A stretch of DNA of 59,933 bases, counting the filler, from Dugesia japonica (taxonomy: Eukaryota), in assembly GCA_001938525.1 (NCBI GenBank). It is 6 parts of 6 records of this genome, joined end to end, with 100 filler letters (N's around TTAATTAATTAA, not from the genome) between each part and the next. Parts side by side here need not be neighbours in the genome. Positions count along the whole stretch, not along the records: positions 19,597 to 29,039 come from MQRL01336052.1; positions 29,140 to 38,148 come from MQRL01515860.1; positions 38,249 to 47,684 come from MQRL01421784.1; 3 more parts are not named here. One strand, given 5' to 3'. The position numbers and the translations under genes were made by a program. Every line of letters starts with the position of its first letter. The first letter of the stretch is position 1. Below the pieces are notes generated by a model. It saw only the letters and a list, made by a program, of their open reading frames with translations. It had not been told where the DNA came from and searched no databases. This document shows positions 25,798 to 39,809 of this stretch, piece by piece.

Positions 25798-26058
25798 CAG
25801 GGCCGGTGTGGCCCCACATCGTTCCTGTTTTTAAATAAAATGTTATTAAAAAATTATTTTTATCTTTTGTTTTTGAAATAAATTACCATAAATAACTTTA
25901 TAATAATTTAAAACATGTAATTAATTATATTAATAAATGTTTTTCTAGTGTAATATTAATTTATGAATTTTTTTATTATTATTTCTTGAAGGAAATTTCT
26001 TTCAAGGCCCCACTAGGAAACTTTCCATTGAGCTCCGCTTTTGTTTTGACAAGCCCTG
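25798..26058. mobile_element. hAT-type MITE
   Basis: Ends CAGGGC../..GCCCTG, GGCCCC subterminal motifs, partial 8-bp TSD ATGATAGG/ATGATGAA. Confidence 0.55.
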
Positions 26059-26882
26059 ATGATGAATGACATATTTGATGTGTCAAAAATACCAAAATCA
26101 TTGTTATGGGTCCGCTGGTAAGAAATTTTTATAAAATTCCGGTATTCTACATTCTGTCAGAAACATATATGTTTAATTATAGTTATGACTGGTGTTGATT
26201 CATAGGCAGTGAAAATTATTTACTTTATAATGTGTAACCAGTAAAAAAAAACTTTCCAACAAAAACATGGTTGAAATTTCTTTTGATAAATTGTTACAAT
26301 CATAATATCTAACTAGGCTCGATAAACTAAAGGTGAACCTAAAGAATTAATTAATAAGATTATGTATAAAAATCATAATAATTGAAAGATTTTCATTAAA
26401 ACTGCTAGTTGCAAAATTTCCGAAACGGCAGAATAAAAATAAAGATAATTTCACATGAAAAATGATTAGATTTTTACCAATTATTATTATTTATCAGGCA
26501 AAGAAATTAAAAATATTATAAAAATATAAATCTTGTTTCCATTAAAAGAGATTACCGAAAATAATATAAGAAATTTTGAAATGATTAAATCTGAAAACGT
26601 TTGTCTAAAACATTCAAAGAAACAATTTTCTTTGTAAATTTATCCGCAACTCTACAATATTGATCTATTATCTGAATTTATCTTAATGGTTTTAGGATAA
26701 AATATATTAAGTTTCAAACAAATCAAAAACCAAAAATAACACAAAAAATATCAATTTTAAAAATGAATTCTTATTAATTTAAAAGTAACACAAAAATTAT
26801 TTTAATAAATTACATTTATAAAATTACATTAATAAAATTAGAGTTTGGAAAAATATTTTTACAAAGGAAATATATTATTACT

Positions 26883-27070
26883 TTCATTTAAAATAAAAGC
26901 TTCGATCAAAATTTTTTTTTGTTTTTTTTGAGATTAATTCGATTAATTAATTTGAATTAATCTCAAAAAAACAAAACAACAATTTTGATCGAAGCTTTTA
27001 TTTTAAATGAATTCTAAAAACGAGCAATGGTTACGTCCAACAATCATTCTCGCTTTAATTGCAATTTTTA
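26883..27070. repeat. Fold-back copy of the AAGCTTCGATC repeat family
   Basis: ttcatttaaaataaaagcttcgatcaaaatt...gagattaattc / gaattaatctc...aattttgatcgaagcttttattttaaatgaa forms a near-perfect hairpin, followed by the family tail caatggttacgtccaacaatcattctcgc. Confidence 0.75.
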
Positions 27071-27169
27071 AATATTATTACTTATTGAAAAAAAATGATT
27101 GGATATTATTTGAGTTTATTAAATAATCATTATATGAAAATACATAGATTGGGTGCAAATTATACTTAC

Positions 27170-28016
27170 TGTCATGTGTTTTCTTGTTAGTATTGGCTGA
27201 TAAATCTATAGAATTGTTATCTGCAGAGTTGTTGTTTAAATTGGTCCCATTAACATTCATAACTGAAGAAAAAACGGATGGAAATCCTTTTGGTACTTGA
27301 AATAAATCATTATTTGTAAATGATAAACTGTTTGTTGTATTTGTAAGATTAGAACTTTCAGAATTTGTAGACATTAATGTAGAGCCAGTTAAAATTGTAT
27401 TTGGAGAACTACAAGAGAATCCAGAATTACTGGCAGAAATCACAGGGCTGTTTCCATTAACTGCTGCATAAGCATTCATCATGTGTTGGTGTAATGATGG
27501 TAAACCAAATTGACTGTGTAAACTGGATAAAATTGGTGATGTAATCAATTGGCCAGGATTTAAACCACTAAACCAGTTAGCTCCATTCAATCTTGGATTA
27601 ATTGATGGTACTTTATTTGACATTGGAAATGGTAAAGACAATCCTACTGAACAAAAATTGTCTATATTTGGAGAGAGTTTTTCATCATTTGCAGTTGGTT
27701 GGGGACTAGGATTAGCAGATTGTTGCATAATAAGATTAAATAAACTACTTCGGTTTTGAAGAGAGTTTGAAAGATGATTAAATGATTTTAAAGGAGATTG
27801 AGATAGAAACTCTATTGACATTGAATTATTTCCTGATGAAGTTCGAATGGATCTCTGGTCCAAAGTTAACGGATCTATGATTGATTCTTCATTTGAATTT
27901 CCAGAAGGATAATGCTCTTTATACTCGTTTTTAGGGGATATTTCGCCTTTATTCTTTTCATCATTTCCATCATTATCCAAAACATCTAATGTCTTATTGG
28001 AATATGCAGAGTTTCT
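27170..28016 (-). CDS. Internal exon of a host gene, Ser/Asn/Pro-rich disordered region (possibly a transcriptional regulator)
   Basis: Uninterrupted frame of about 280 codons; acceptor ttatttttatttag at 28017-28018 in frame with ORF 27078-27980; donor GTAAGT at 27169. No recognisable domain. Confidence 0.75.
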
Positions 28017-28996
28017 CTAAATAAAAATAAACAGATAAACTAAAATTTATGTATAAATTAAAAAATATAATTTTTTTTTAAAATATTAATAACAAATTCA
28101 AAATTTCTTATTATTAGAAAATTGAGGGAAAATGTTTAATATTTAAAGATAAAAATTTTTGATATGAATGTAGTTGAAATATAAAGAAAATGATTTATTG
28201 TTTACTTACAAAACGTAATATATCGTTTGAGCATACCAATAAATAAATCCTAAAACTGAATTTCATCTAATAATAAATATCAATTTTCGTGATCAAAATA
28301 TTAAAAAAATTGTGAAAAAATATATTGCATGTATTAAAAAAAATTACGAAAATTTTATCAAGCAGCAAGTAATTTTAAATAATTTCAGAATTATGAAAAT
28401 AAATTAAAATCATATTTTATTCAAAAAATTTACCTATATTATTTAAACATTTTTAAGTAAAAAATTTTAATAATAATTTAATCAAAAAAAGAGTTAATTT
28501 ACTTCGATATTTTCTATTTCAATTAGTTTAAATTTTTAAATTTATTTCTTAGAATATTTGTCAAAAAAAAACAAATAGAAAATCTTTTCAAACAATTTTT
28601 ACTTTTTTTGAATATATTTAATAAAGTTTACACATAAGTTTTATATCGATACTTTCATCCACTGTAAGAATATATTTCAATTTTACTTATCAATGAATCC
28701 CCACAGTTAACCGAAAACAAAATAACTGTTTAAAATAAAAGTAAAAAAATAGATCAAAATATTATTCAAATAATTCAAAGTAAACTGAAAAATCCAAAGA
28801 AATTAAGAAAATATTTTAAATATTTTCATTTTCATTTTTTACATTTATTGAAAAATGAAATCCGTAGTTAAATCCATCAATTACTGTTTAAGATTTTACC
28901 TTAAATGATAAAAATCTTATCAATTTCAGTTTAAGAATTATAAGAATTATATGGTTCAGAAAAATTTATTTTTATTAATATTATTATTATTATTAA

Positions 28997-29039
<43 letters not shown>

Positions 29040-29139
29040 NNNNNNNNNNNNNNNNNNNNNNNNNNNNNNNNNNNNNNNNNNNNTTAATTAATTAANNNNN
29101 NNNNNNNNNNNNNNNNNNNNNNNNNNNNNNNNNNNNNNN
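29040..29139. other. Artificial contig spacer
   Basis: 44N + TTAATTAATTAA + 44N. Confidence 0.95.
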
Positions 29140-29419
29140 ATTATTATTATTAATATTGACGGATTTTTTTTACATTTTGCTACGCAATTTCTACGAATTT
29201 AGAGGTTATCGGAATCGTATTATCTATGAGTCCTTCCTGATTTATTGTTATATGTATTGAATAACTATTTTCCACATTTTTATGATTCACATTAAATATA
29301 TTTGTCTAATTTATAGATAATCAGAGTTAAAAACTAGACTTAATAAACAATTTTAATTTTCTCTGAGAGTATTTTAATAATTTAAAAAATATCTTTATCA
29401 CTAATGAGTATAAATTCGA

Positions 29420-29926
29420 CTAACTGAAATCTGGCTTCGTTTGGCCTTTACGATAATTTATTTCCTGCATTGAATATTTACGCTTTAACAAGCATAAAAT
29501 ACCAAATAGAAAAGAAATTAGAATTGCGGTGGCTACAACTAAACTGATAATGGCTGTCCAATGTGACTTTTTCTCTGGTGTCCATATTGGATTGGTAAGA
29601 TGCTTTTTATCTGAATTATCGCTGATAACATTTACGATGAGGTAGGTTTGCGATGACATCTGAGGAGTCCCGTGGTCGACTGCCCGGATATGAACTTTAA
29701 TTTCATAGGAATATGTACAAGTCGGAAATTTATTAATCAAATACAATTGGCCCCCATTTGTTTCGATATCAAAAAAGTTTTGATGACGTGATTGAGGAGG
29801 TAGAATATTATGTGATGGAAATGGAAGTAAAATATAACTGATTTCTTTCGCAGGACCATAATCCGAGTCATTAGCTTGAATACGAGCAATCATCTGGTTA
29901 GGTAATTCATTACAGGAAACATTTAT
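29420..29926 (-). CDS. Exon of a cadherin/protocadherin: last cadherin repeat, transmembrane helix and start of the cytoplasmic tail
   Basis: IARIQANDSDYGP..ISY, FFDIETNGGQL, IRAVDHGTPQMSS..LIVNV cadherin motifs; hydrophobic WTAIISLVVATAILISFLFGILCLL then KRK; in-frame acceptor AG at 29927-29928; ends at stop 29420 or donor GTTAGT at 29424. Confidence 0.88.
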   Translation of the reverse strand: MNVSCNELPNQMIARIQANDSDYGPAKEISYILLPFPSHNILPPQSRHQNFFDIETNGGQLYLINKFPTCTYSYEIKVHIRAVDHGTPQMSSQTYLIVNVISDNSDKKHLTNPIWTPEKKSHWTAIISLVVATAILISFLFGILCLLKRKYSMQEINYRKGQTKPDFS

Positions 29927-29927
29927 C

Positions 29928-29994
<67 letters not shown>

Positions 29995-30137
29995 NNNNNN
30001 NNNNNNNNNNNNNNNNNNNNNNNNNNNNNNNNNNNNNNNNNNNNNNNNNNNNNNNNNNNNNNNNNNNNNNNNNNNNNNNNNNNNNNNNNNNNNNNNNNNN
30101 NNNNNNNNNNNNNNNNNNNNNNNNNNNNNNNNNNNNN

Positions 30138-30198
<61 letters not shown>

Positions 30199-30856
30199 TA
30201 TTAATAATAGAAAAAGCTTTATGATAAAGATAAAGAAGAAGAAATATAATGGAGTAATTTAGTTTGATGAAAATAAAAAAAACTAAATGAAAGGATTGAA
30301 ATTTTTAATTAGGATACCATTATCAGAGAGATATGAGAGGAATTATAGTGCAGGAAAAATGTTTTTTGACCCCATTAGATGATGAATTATAACAATCTAC
30401 AGCTCGAACTTGTTAAATTTCGATATATATGCTCAGTATTGCTTGATGAAATTACGTCTGCCTCCATTTCAATAACAATTTTCACATTAGATTTGATGTC
30501 TATTATTAATAATTCTCTTCCAGAGATTTTAATTAGGAAAATTTTTAAAAAATTTAGAAAATGTTTAATAACGATGTCAGTCAAGATCGTTTAATTTAAT
30601 CCGTTTGATTTGATCAGATCATGATTATCAATTAGTGTTTATCAAATGGTCACCGCCATATTGTTCAAATAATATTGTTTCGTAAATACGTACATCTTAA
30701 TATTTTACTTAGAAAATGCGGTAAGTTAGTTTGGCAGTCTAAATAAAAATTTTAAAATAAAATATTTGATTCTAACAAAAGCGAGAATATCTTGTATTTT
30801 CGGTAACTAATCAAAATAATTGGGAAAGAATATTAAATAAAGTGTGTTGTGTAAAT

Positions 30857-31104
30857 CAGCGTTTTTCAAATAATTTTGGTTTCGACTCACAAAAAATAAA
30901 AATTTTGCATCTTGACCCAACATGAAAAACTTAAGGAAACAAGAGTCGTTAAAAATAAATAAAAGAAAAATTATGCATAGATAAATACTTCAATTAAATA
31001 ACGAAGTGAACTGAAAATAGCTAAATTTATTATTGTATTGGATTCTGAGTGCGAGTCACAATCCAAACATTTTTTTTTCAAAATCCATAGTTTGAAAAAC
31101 GCTG
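30857..31104. mobile_element. hAT-Charlie-type MITE
   Basis: Perfect 14-bp TIRs CAGCGTTTTTCAAA / TTTGAAAAACGCTG; TSD GTGTAAAT / GTGTAGAA. Confidence 0.8.
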
Positions 31105-33118
31105 GTGTAGAAAATACGGTGACGATGTATGCATTTCTATGTTTGTATGTATAATATTTGTATGCATGTGAATATATGTAAATAAATGGTAATCCTATCT
31201 AAACTAGAGCATTTTTCTAAAATAAATCCAAAAGAAGGCATATGGAATAATTAAATAAAAATTACACCGAACTCTTGTTTTACATGATAAATACGTTCCG
31301 CAGAAATTCCTTTAAGAAAAGATAAATTTTCTACAGTAAAATTTAGGATATGTTTCATGTTATACGAAAACCGTGTAGGATGAAAGTGTGTAAAAAAAAT
31401 AGTTGGCTGTACAGAAACCTTAAAGGACCTAAAATGGTAAAGCAATTGTCTTTTTATTATGTCAACAGCAGATTTGTTGAAGTTTAACAATTGTTGACAA
31501 GATGGTGGAAGGGTTTCCAAGTCAACAATTATTTGTAACTGTAAAACGATTGGTTAAAGTATTGTTAATTTGCGGGGAGGAGTAAACATAATTTCATTAA
31601 GAGGGTCACTGAAATCTTGATAGTTGTTGACAAAGGGAGTTTAAAATTTGACTGAAAATTGATGATATAATTAATGAACGGTCCCCAATAAAGTTATTTA
31701 CTGGTTGATATTATTTTCATTAATTATGAGTATTGATAGAGTTGTAGTGGAAATTATTCAAAGGATTTAAGTAATATTAAAATAGATGAAGGATTCATTG
31801 TGAAAAGATAAAATTTATAAAACATAAGAAACAAATAAAAGAGAAATAATTTGAGTATTTCTTTAAGGGTGAGAAGTAAATACATAATAAAAATTTATTA
31901 TTCCAGAAAAGTAATTCATACGATCTATCAAATACAATTTATCAAGTGAGAAAAAATTCTAATATAAAAAATTCAACTGTGGAATATTTTCGATAAAGAA
32001 TCTTCATGAAAAATAATTTTTTCACAAATTAATTATTATTTATAAAAATGGGAATTTTTGTTTTGTCATAAGAATGCTAATTAGTTATGCTCTTTTAATG
32101 AAACTATAATAAATAGCATGGTGATATAAATGGATAAATAACTAGATAAATGAAGAATTATGAAAAAGAACTCTTAGATACCCTCGGAGTTTTAGTATAG
32201 TTTTTTGAAGATTTTCAATTTAAATAGAAATTACAAAAAATATTTATAAAATATTAACAAATTTAGATTTTTAAAATTTTATTAATTTAATTTAATTTTT
32301 TAATTATAGCAATTTTAATTATTACGTATTTTTTTTTATTATTTTTAATATATTATTTTTTGTGCAATATTTTATAAAATCTTAAAATTTTAACTTTGGC
32401 AATAAATGTTGTTTACAAAAAAATAAAAATTTCTTTTTTTTTAATATTCATTATATATCAAATTGTTGGGGTTTTATCTAAGTGAGTAGACAAAATCTAG
32501 GGTAGTTGACAAAATAAAACCTCTCGAAGAATTTAAATCTAGTGTCCCCAAAAATCCAGATCTTCTGGATGAAGCCGTTGACTCGTAGCTCAAGTGCAGA
32601 CTCTCACCCCTTTGGTTCGGGTTCGTTTCACATGATACTCGCCTAATTGAAATCCTACTTATTAATCATTAAGTTAATTGATTTCAATTTATAACGGATT
32701 TTATGGAATTTTTATTATCAGTCAGTTGAGTCCTAAATAAAAANNNNNNNNNNNNNNNNNNNNNNNNNNNNNNNNNNNNNNNNNNNNNNNNNNNNNNNNN
32801 NNNNNNNNNNNNNNNNNNNNNNNNNNNNNNNNNNNNNNNNNNNNNNNNNNNNNNNNNNNNNNNNATCACCACTTGCTATACATTAATTTAACAAATAGGA
32901 CAAATGATAAAACTAACGTGGTCTGGATCCCGATCCGGTGCAAGCACGAGATTTGAAGTAATCATTTCCTTGATAAATATTACTGATCTACCTGGATCCA
33001 TCATAATTTTCCATTTTCGGTTCAAGTTGGAAATCGTTGCATCCATGATTGAATAACAAAATAGTTACTTCAAATAATCTCCGTTCAATTACCGTATCTT
33101 ACTTGAAAAGATAGATTG

Positions 33119-33280
33119 ACTGAATGAAAATTACATCGGTATTTATACCGGTTTTTCTTCACACCCGCATTCCTTTTATTGGTTATTTAGAATTGTACGA
33201 CTTTCTTGACGTTTCCATTGGCTTGAATGCCATGTGAGCTCTTGTTATTGGTTGATATTTCTGGACTTTGAATCTATTGG
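33119..33280 (-). promoter_or_regulatory. Compact Pol II promoter: four CCAAT boxes, TATAAATA and TCATTCAGT initiator
   Basis: Plus-strand ATTGG at 33178, 33217, 33247, 33276; TATTTATA at 33140-33147; ACTGAATGAA at 33119-33128. Confidence 0.55.
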
Positions 33281-34202
33281 TCAACCTTCAAACCCCTGTA
33301 TCTTTTTTCGGAGACTTCTACCGACATTTTAACTTAGATTTTCAAAATCTCCGATTTTGTCTTGACCAGAATCTTTTTAATTGCTAATTTTCTCACCATG
33401 GGAAGTTGTCGTTTTTGCCATTTTTCATGAAATAATTATTTTTCTTTTAAAAAAATAATTTATTTTAAATTGTTTGATTTATTTTTTTAAATAATTAAAT
33501 TATTTATTTTATTTTCTTGGTGCATCTTAATTAAGTGTTCATTTCTTTGTTTCTTGATTNNNNNNNNNNNNNNNNNNNNNNNNNNNNNNNNNNNNNNNNN
33601 NNNNNNNNNNNNNNNNNNNNNNNNNNNNNNNNNNNNNNNNNNNNNNNNNNNNNNNNNNNNNNNNNNNNNNNNNNNNNNNNNNNNNNNNNNNNNNNNNNNN
33701 NNNNNNNNNNNNNNNNNNNNNNNNNNNNNNNNNNNNNNNNNNNNNNNNNNNNNNNNNNNNNNNNNNNNNNNNNNNNNNNNNNNNNNNNNNNNNNNNNNNN
33801 NNNNNNNNNNNNNNNNNNNNNNNNNTTTTCCTTTTAATTATTTCCTTCTTTCACTGGAATATGTTCTTCTTAGGTCTGAATGCTTCGCTTTCTTTTCTGA
33901 CAAAAATTTTTTAACTTCGAGTCTACTTGTCGCCATTTTTTATTTTCGGTACCCGGTGTTTCACCCTAACAAAATTATGATTAATGTTTTGTCAATATTT
34001 TCTTGATTTTAACAATTTTCTCAAAATTACAAGAAACAGAAAAAAGTATTTAAAAAACTTTTATTTAAATTTTTCATTAATAATTTATATTGCTTTATCA
34101 AAGGCTGCTGCAAAATAATTAAAATTTACTTAATAAATCAAATAAAAATATTATTATTAATAAAAAATAATAATAATAATATTAATCATAATAATAATAA
34201 TT

Positions 34203-34233
<31 letters not shown>

Positions 34234-37200
34234 TAATAATAGAAAAAGTTTTAAGATTAAAAATAATGTAAACATCTGGTAAGATTAAATCAAATAAAGT
34301 GTCTATAATAATATAAAATTTTAAAATGTATTTTGATCATTCCAGAAAAAAATTTTTAATTAATAAAAACTAACCTTAACATACTTCGTTTTTGTCAGTA
34401 GTATATATTTCAACATTCTTTAATATAAACTTTATTTAAATACTTAAATTTTTTTTATAAATTAAAAACTTTGTAATGTATAAATTTTTTGAATAAGGTA
34501 TATTATATATTATTAAGTAAATTAATGTATTGAAAATCAGAATTAGGATAATATTATTTTACAATTACATGAATATTTGTGAGAATAATTGTTGAACTTA
34601 ACCAGTGATCGTATTTGAGATTTTTTTGTTTTAGTTCTTCATATTACTTGAAATACCAATGAAATAGAATAAATTACTCAAGTAATTCTAGTGTAGTAAA
34701 AATGTGTTTTATGTTAATGCAATATTATCTACAAAATCTTCCATAAAACCGTCTTCGTGACAACAACTAATGCTTGAAAATTGATTCCAAAATTGTCAAA
34801 AGAAAATTCCAACAAATTAAATTAAATAATTTTCCTCTAGAAAACTTAATAAGAAATATTTTGTAAATGTAAAAATGTTTAAATAATATTTTAATTGAAA
34901 CGTTTCCATTAATAATTTATAATTTCTTTTTAGTTTACATAGAGTGTAGTTGCTAAGCACTATCTAAACGTTTTTTTTTGTCTAAGGGAAAATTTCTTAT
35001 GCAGTTCTAATTCAATATTTATAAAATCTAGAATATTTCCAATGAAAATTTTAATTCAAAATATAGAAGAAAATATTTCCTCATAAACCCGGTTAGAATA
35101 AATTGGGAATAAATTTGCGAATTTAATTAATTATTGAGTCTAATTACAACTGCATATTTTATTAATTAGAAAACTGGCCATTTTCAATAAGAAAATTGTT
35201 CAAAAAAAATTTGTTTTTTATTTCTACTTTGTTAAGCTGTATTTGAAGATAAAATCAAAAAGATAACTCAAGAAGTAGTTTGCCTCAGATAGTTACGTTT
35301 TATTGAACCGTTCAAGAGAAAATAATAAAGAGAATTAATAAAAGTATTTCTTTTATCTCGGTTTTTTTTTATTTGAGTTCGCGTAATTTTTCAATGATTC
35401 CTGGATTACGTTGATGATTCACAATTAATAAGAAGAACACAAAGAAAAAAAACAATTTGAATATGGTCGACTGGCAAAAATTGTTTTCTCTTTACTGTCA
35501 AGAAAATAGAAATTGTTTAATTTTCTTCATCTAAAGCTTTCATTAATTCTGAAAAATAATCGTACGGATATGAGGATTTAAATCTCTCTTTTTTTTGTTA
35601 TTTGTAGAAACTGTGGCAAAAAATGTTCAATGGTTAGTTTATTGTAATTTCATTTGACAAATCAGGCAAATATTTTGACAGTTGGGCTTGGTTTTTATTT
35701 ATTTATTTTTTTATATAGGGTTTTATTTTCTCAGACTGAAATTTTTAGATATTACAATAAATCAATACTGGCACCAGTTATAATTCCTAGAAATTTAGAG
35801 AGAGAGAGAGAAAGAGAAATTAATTTTGAACATTTGAATGTATTTTACAAAAAAAACAAATAGCGAAAATTATTTGATAGGAAATTCGAAATAAATTTAC
35901 TGATAGATAAAACTAAATTTATATTTTATAAAATTCGTATTTTTTTCGAAAATATTAATAATAGTATTATTCGACTGCAAAGAAATTCTTAAAATAAAAC
36001 AAAAATTGGTTCGATAGAAAATAACTTTTTTTAAAATAATTTAGAAAATTCTAAATGTCTAAATAATTTTTAGAAAGCATAATATATTGTATGTAATGTT
36101 CTGTTGGCATTATGTTCTACGTAATAGTTGCCTCAAGGATAATGTCTAGACTGTTGGAATAACATTCATTTAAAGAATTGGTGTGATCATTTAATGAGTA
36201 TTAATATTGAGCATATTAAGAAGAGAATTTATTAATGAATGCGCTTTATTGATGTTTTATTGATATATTTTTGGTATTTTAATAGTATTTGTTGGTATTT
36301 ATTGATATTTGTTAATCATTGATGATTTGATCAGTTGATCTAAAAATTAATGTTCAACCAGGTCTTTATAGGTTTTTATTGAATGGTTTTAATTAGTTTG
36401 ACTTAATGCAGAGATTACATAATTTATTACATAATAAGAACGTTTAAATGGACTAAATATTTTATTGGAAGATAACACATGTTCTGGCAAAAGATGTTAT
36501 AGAAAAATATATATTGAAATCAAAGACGGATCCACAGAAGAGGGCGATGGAGGTGATCAATTAACCCATAAACGGATTTAGAAAAGGATATATATTGATA
36601 AAGAACGACTACTCACATGACTGCTGGAATTTTGAGAAAAAAACATTTTTTTATCTTTCTTAATTTTTAAAATATTTAATTTGATTTTAAAAAAAAATTA
36701 AATATTTAAACAAAATGGACTTTTCTACCGGATTTCCGTGAAAATTAATTAAAAATTATTAATTTTAGTAAATTTAAACAAAAATCATTAATTTACTTTA
36801 TTTAAACCAAAAATTAACTTCCCAGTAGATTACATAATATTGGTATGTATTTTTTGGTATTTTATTGAACTTTTAACAAACACCAAATTCTGAGATCGAT
36901 GAAAAAAATAGTTGTAGAAGCTGTANNNNNNNNNNNNNNNNNNNNNNNNNNNNNNNNNNNNNNNNNNNAATACAAAGTATGATACGATTCTGAATATTTT
37001 ATATTAAATCATAAAACATAAAGAGAATATTTGTGAAAAATTATCTTCGTATGATAAATCTAACTTAGCCAAAGTTACTTAGAAGTGCAATGTTTTAACA
37101 TTGTTGAAATGCTGCATCGTGTGTCCAATCTAAGAAAACACTCCTACAATCACTGAGAATAACAAACAAAACAGTTAAATACATACTAACGTAAAATAGT

Positions 37201-38148
37201 AGCAACTAAAAGCCTAATTTAATATAGAAAATGAAACAATACATATAATAATTCATTGCAAAGATGAATTAAAACATTCAAAGAGTTTAAGAAATATGGC
37301 ATATAATACAAATATAACAACTTATTTAGAGAACATTATTATTAAGGGATGGGCCTTAATAACCTACATTTAAATGATTTTCACATTCCGATAATATTTA
37401 TTAATCTAACAAAAATATGATTTCAACAAGATTATAAATACATAAAATGTATAAAAATACACAATAATATAATTTAAAATATAAAAATTTACAAAATATA
37501 CTTTAATAAATTTTACAAAATAAAATGAACAATGACCTTACTGAATTGTTTTCAAAATCTTCCACAAAACTGTTTCTTAAACTAAATTATTAAAACAACT
37601 ATTTTTTACACAAACAAATAAATATTAATTATTCAATAATAAATATTAATATTACATACATAAAAATTAATTAATAATAACAATATTAACTTAAAACATT
37701 CCTAATATTTAATTATTTCCTTGCAATTATAGNGTACAAACTTTTGGTTTAAAAACAATAGAAAATGGATAAAATGTCGAATTTTGTTGGACAATTAAGA
37801 ATCTTGAAACAGTTAGTTTACACATCTTGGATTATCATCAATGTTAAAGAATTGTTAATGTAACATTTAATTAATCTGTAACAAATCATTATCACACATT
37901 ATAATAGCAGAATCAATTCAATGAAATTAGTATTCTTAAATTTTTTGACTCAAATATCCACAATTTGACATAAGAATTAAGAAGCGCTAGTTTTACTGGA
38001 ATTTTATCGTTGCTATACAGCAATACAATTTTAATGGATGTGTTTTTTTCCAAATTTACATCTTCAAAACGAATTTCAAGTCTGCTTGTTTGTAACAAGG
38101 ATTAAATGAAGATAATAGAAATAATATCCTCCGTAAAATTTGGTCTCT

Positions 38149-38248
38149 NNNNNNNNNNNNNNNNNNNNNNNNNNNNNNNNNNNNNNNNNNNNTTAATTAA
38201 TTAANNNNNNNNNNNNNNNNNNNNNNNNNNNNNNNNNNNNNNNNNNNN
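38149..38248. other. Artificial contig spacer
   Basis: 44N + TTAATTAATTAA + 44N. Confidence 0.95.
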
Positions 38249-39076
38249 ATCGAACAAAAGCAGTAAATATTAAGACAATTGGCCGTCACTTCCTGGGTGT
38301 GTAATATTAATGAAGGGCAGCTGATTAAATTTATGAGGATCAAATTAATTAGATGTAGAACAAATCGTAAAACAATAATAGTAATCATAATAAATTATAA
38401 AACAAGAAAAATTAAAATATATTAAATTAAATTATAAGTAAATTTAAATTATATGAAATTTACATTAAATTAAATCTATAAATAAATTTTTGTTTTTATG
38501 CAATTATTTTTTGAAAGACTTGGATAAATTTCATCAGTTGTATTTTTTTAAGAAAAGTTTTGGAAAAATCAATAAAATAACTGATAAATTATTTACTTTA
38601 TATATTATTTTTTTAATGAAAATCTTCATTTAATAATTAATATTTTTACAATTAATTTTTACAGAATTTCTCTATTGTTGCAAATATAATTAATGAAATT
38701 GGAAAAATATTGTTAGAAACGAAGAGTTTCTAAAAAATTCCTTTTTATATTTAAGCTGAAACTGTATTTTTTTTATAATTAGTGGTGTTATATTGAAACT
38801 AGACTGGATTTTTTATGTTCACAGAGTATGGATATTAAATTAAGAATTAAATCAACAAAAATAAATTACTGTTTGTAAATTTTGCTAAATATTTTACATA
38901 TATTAATATGAATAAATACTTGTGCATAAAATTGGTAGACATTACAATAACCAATACAGGCTGTATTGTCTACAAACTGTGTGCCGCAAAAATCTTTCTA
39001 AAAGTCCAATTGCGGTGTTTTGAAAATTTTCGGGATATTAACTAGAATTTAGTCTGCAAACTGTGTGACGCGGCAC

Positions 39077-39182
39077 TAGTGATTGCAAAAAGTGTAGTTG
39101 AACTGGAAACCGATTATTTCGGTTTTTAGTTTTACTAAAACCGATTAATCGCTCAATCGGTTAATCGATTCTGCAATCACTA
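39077..39182. mobile_element. Small hAT-type MITE nested in a Charlie-like MITE (about 39050-39347)
   Basis: TIRs TAGTGATTGCA / TGCAATCACTA, AACCGATTA subterminal repeats, TSD CGCGGCAC / CAAGGCAC; the host element ends aacagtttgggaccactg. Confidence 0.75.
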
Positions 39183-39809
39183 CAAGGCACATTTATTCGA
39201 AGAAGAAATAAAGTGTTTTAACAATTTATTTTAATTATTATGTGGATATTTGGCCTCTTTTAGGTTTCCAAAGGTATTTCCGCTTAGAAATTTTAAGTGT
39301 GCCATCAGAAATGTTTGCCGAAACAGAAAACAGTTTGGGACCACTGAAATACAGTATCTTATTACTGATCACATCAGCAAACCGTAAAAATAATGTCAAA
39401 TATTTTACAGAGTTTTCCAGCTATTTTAATCGTTTTTTTCAATTTTTTTTATCCATTCTTCAAATAATTTAATCAAAGATTATAAAATAAATAACATAAA
39501 ATTGTTAAAATAAAACATCGGTATGAAAATTCCACAAAAAATACATTTTAGTCAACTCCAAACTCCTCATTAAACTATAGTTAGTTAGTCGCACTATAAA
39601 TTGTAGAAACTGAAACATTTTTTTTAATTTTTCTTAGACTATAGAAACATCATTGTTTATCAGGTTTTTAATCAACTCCTTATCTTCTTCACTGATAGCT
39701 TGCTGTCTGGGTGGCAAACTTTTGTTATTTTTAATTTTTCTTACGGTACTTCGGTACACACGGTTAATTGAAACAATTGTTTTTTGGTTTGATTTGTCTA
39801 AATTCTGAT

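Noticed and set aside
27078-29926. Ser/Asn-rich exon as the cytoplasmic tail of the cadherin gene
   Set aside because: Same strand, but separated by an artificial spacer, and the predicted phases do not match (cadherin donor phase 1, acceptor phase 0).
30300-30600. PIF1/Helitron helicase remnant (YICSVLLDEITS)
   Set aside because: Only a Walker B-like word; no Walker A or other motifs could be confirmed.
31251-31520. 89-aa ORF as a gene
   Set aside because: Coding-like but no recognisable motif, and flanked by stops; probably decayed element sequence.
32464-32740. LTR starting TGTTGGGG
   Set aside because: No second LTR, primer-binding site or TSD visible before the gap.
33535-34006. Long ORFs made mostly of X (also 48641-49441, 52872-53198)
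   Set aside because: Read-through of N runs, not coding evidence.
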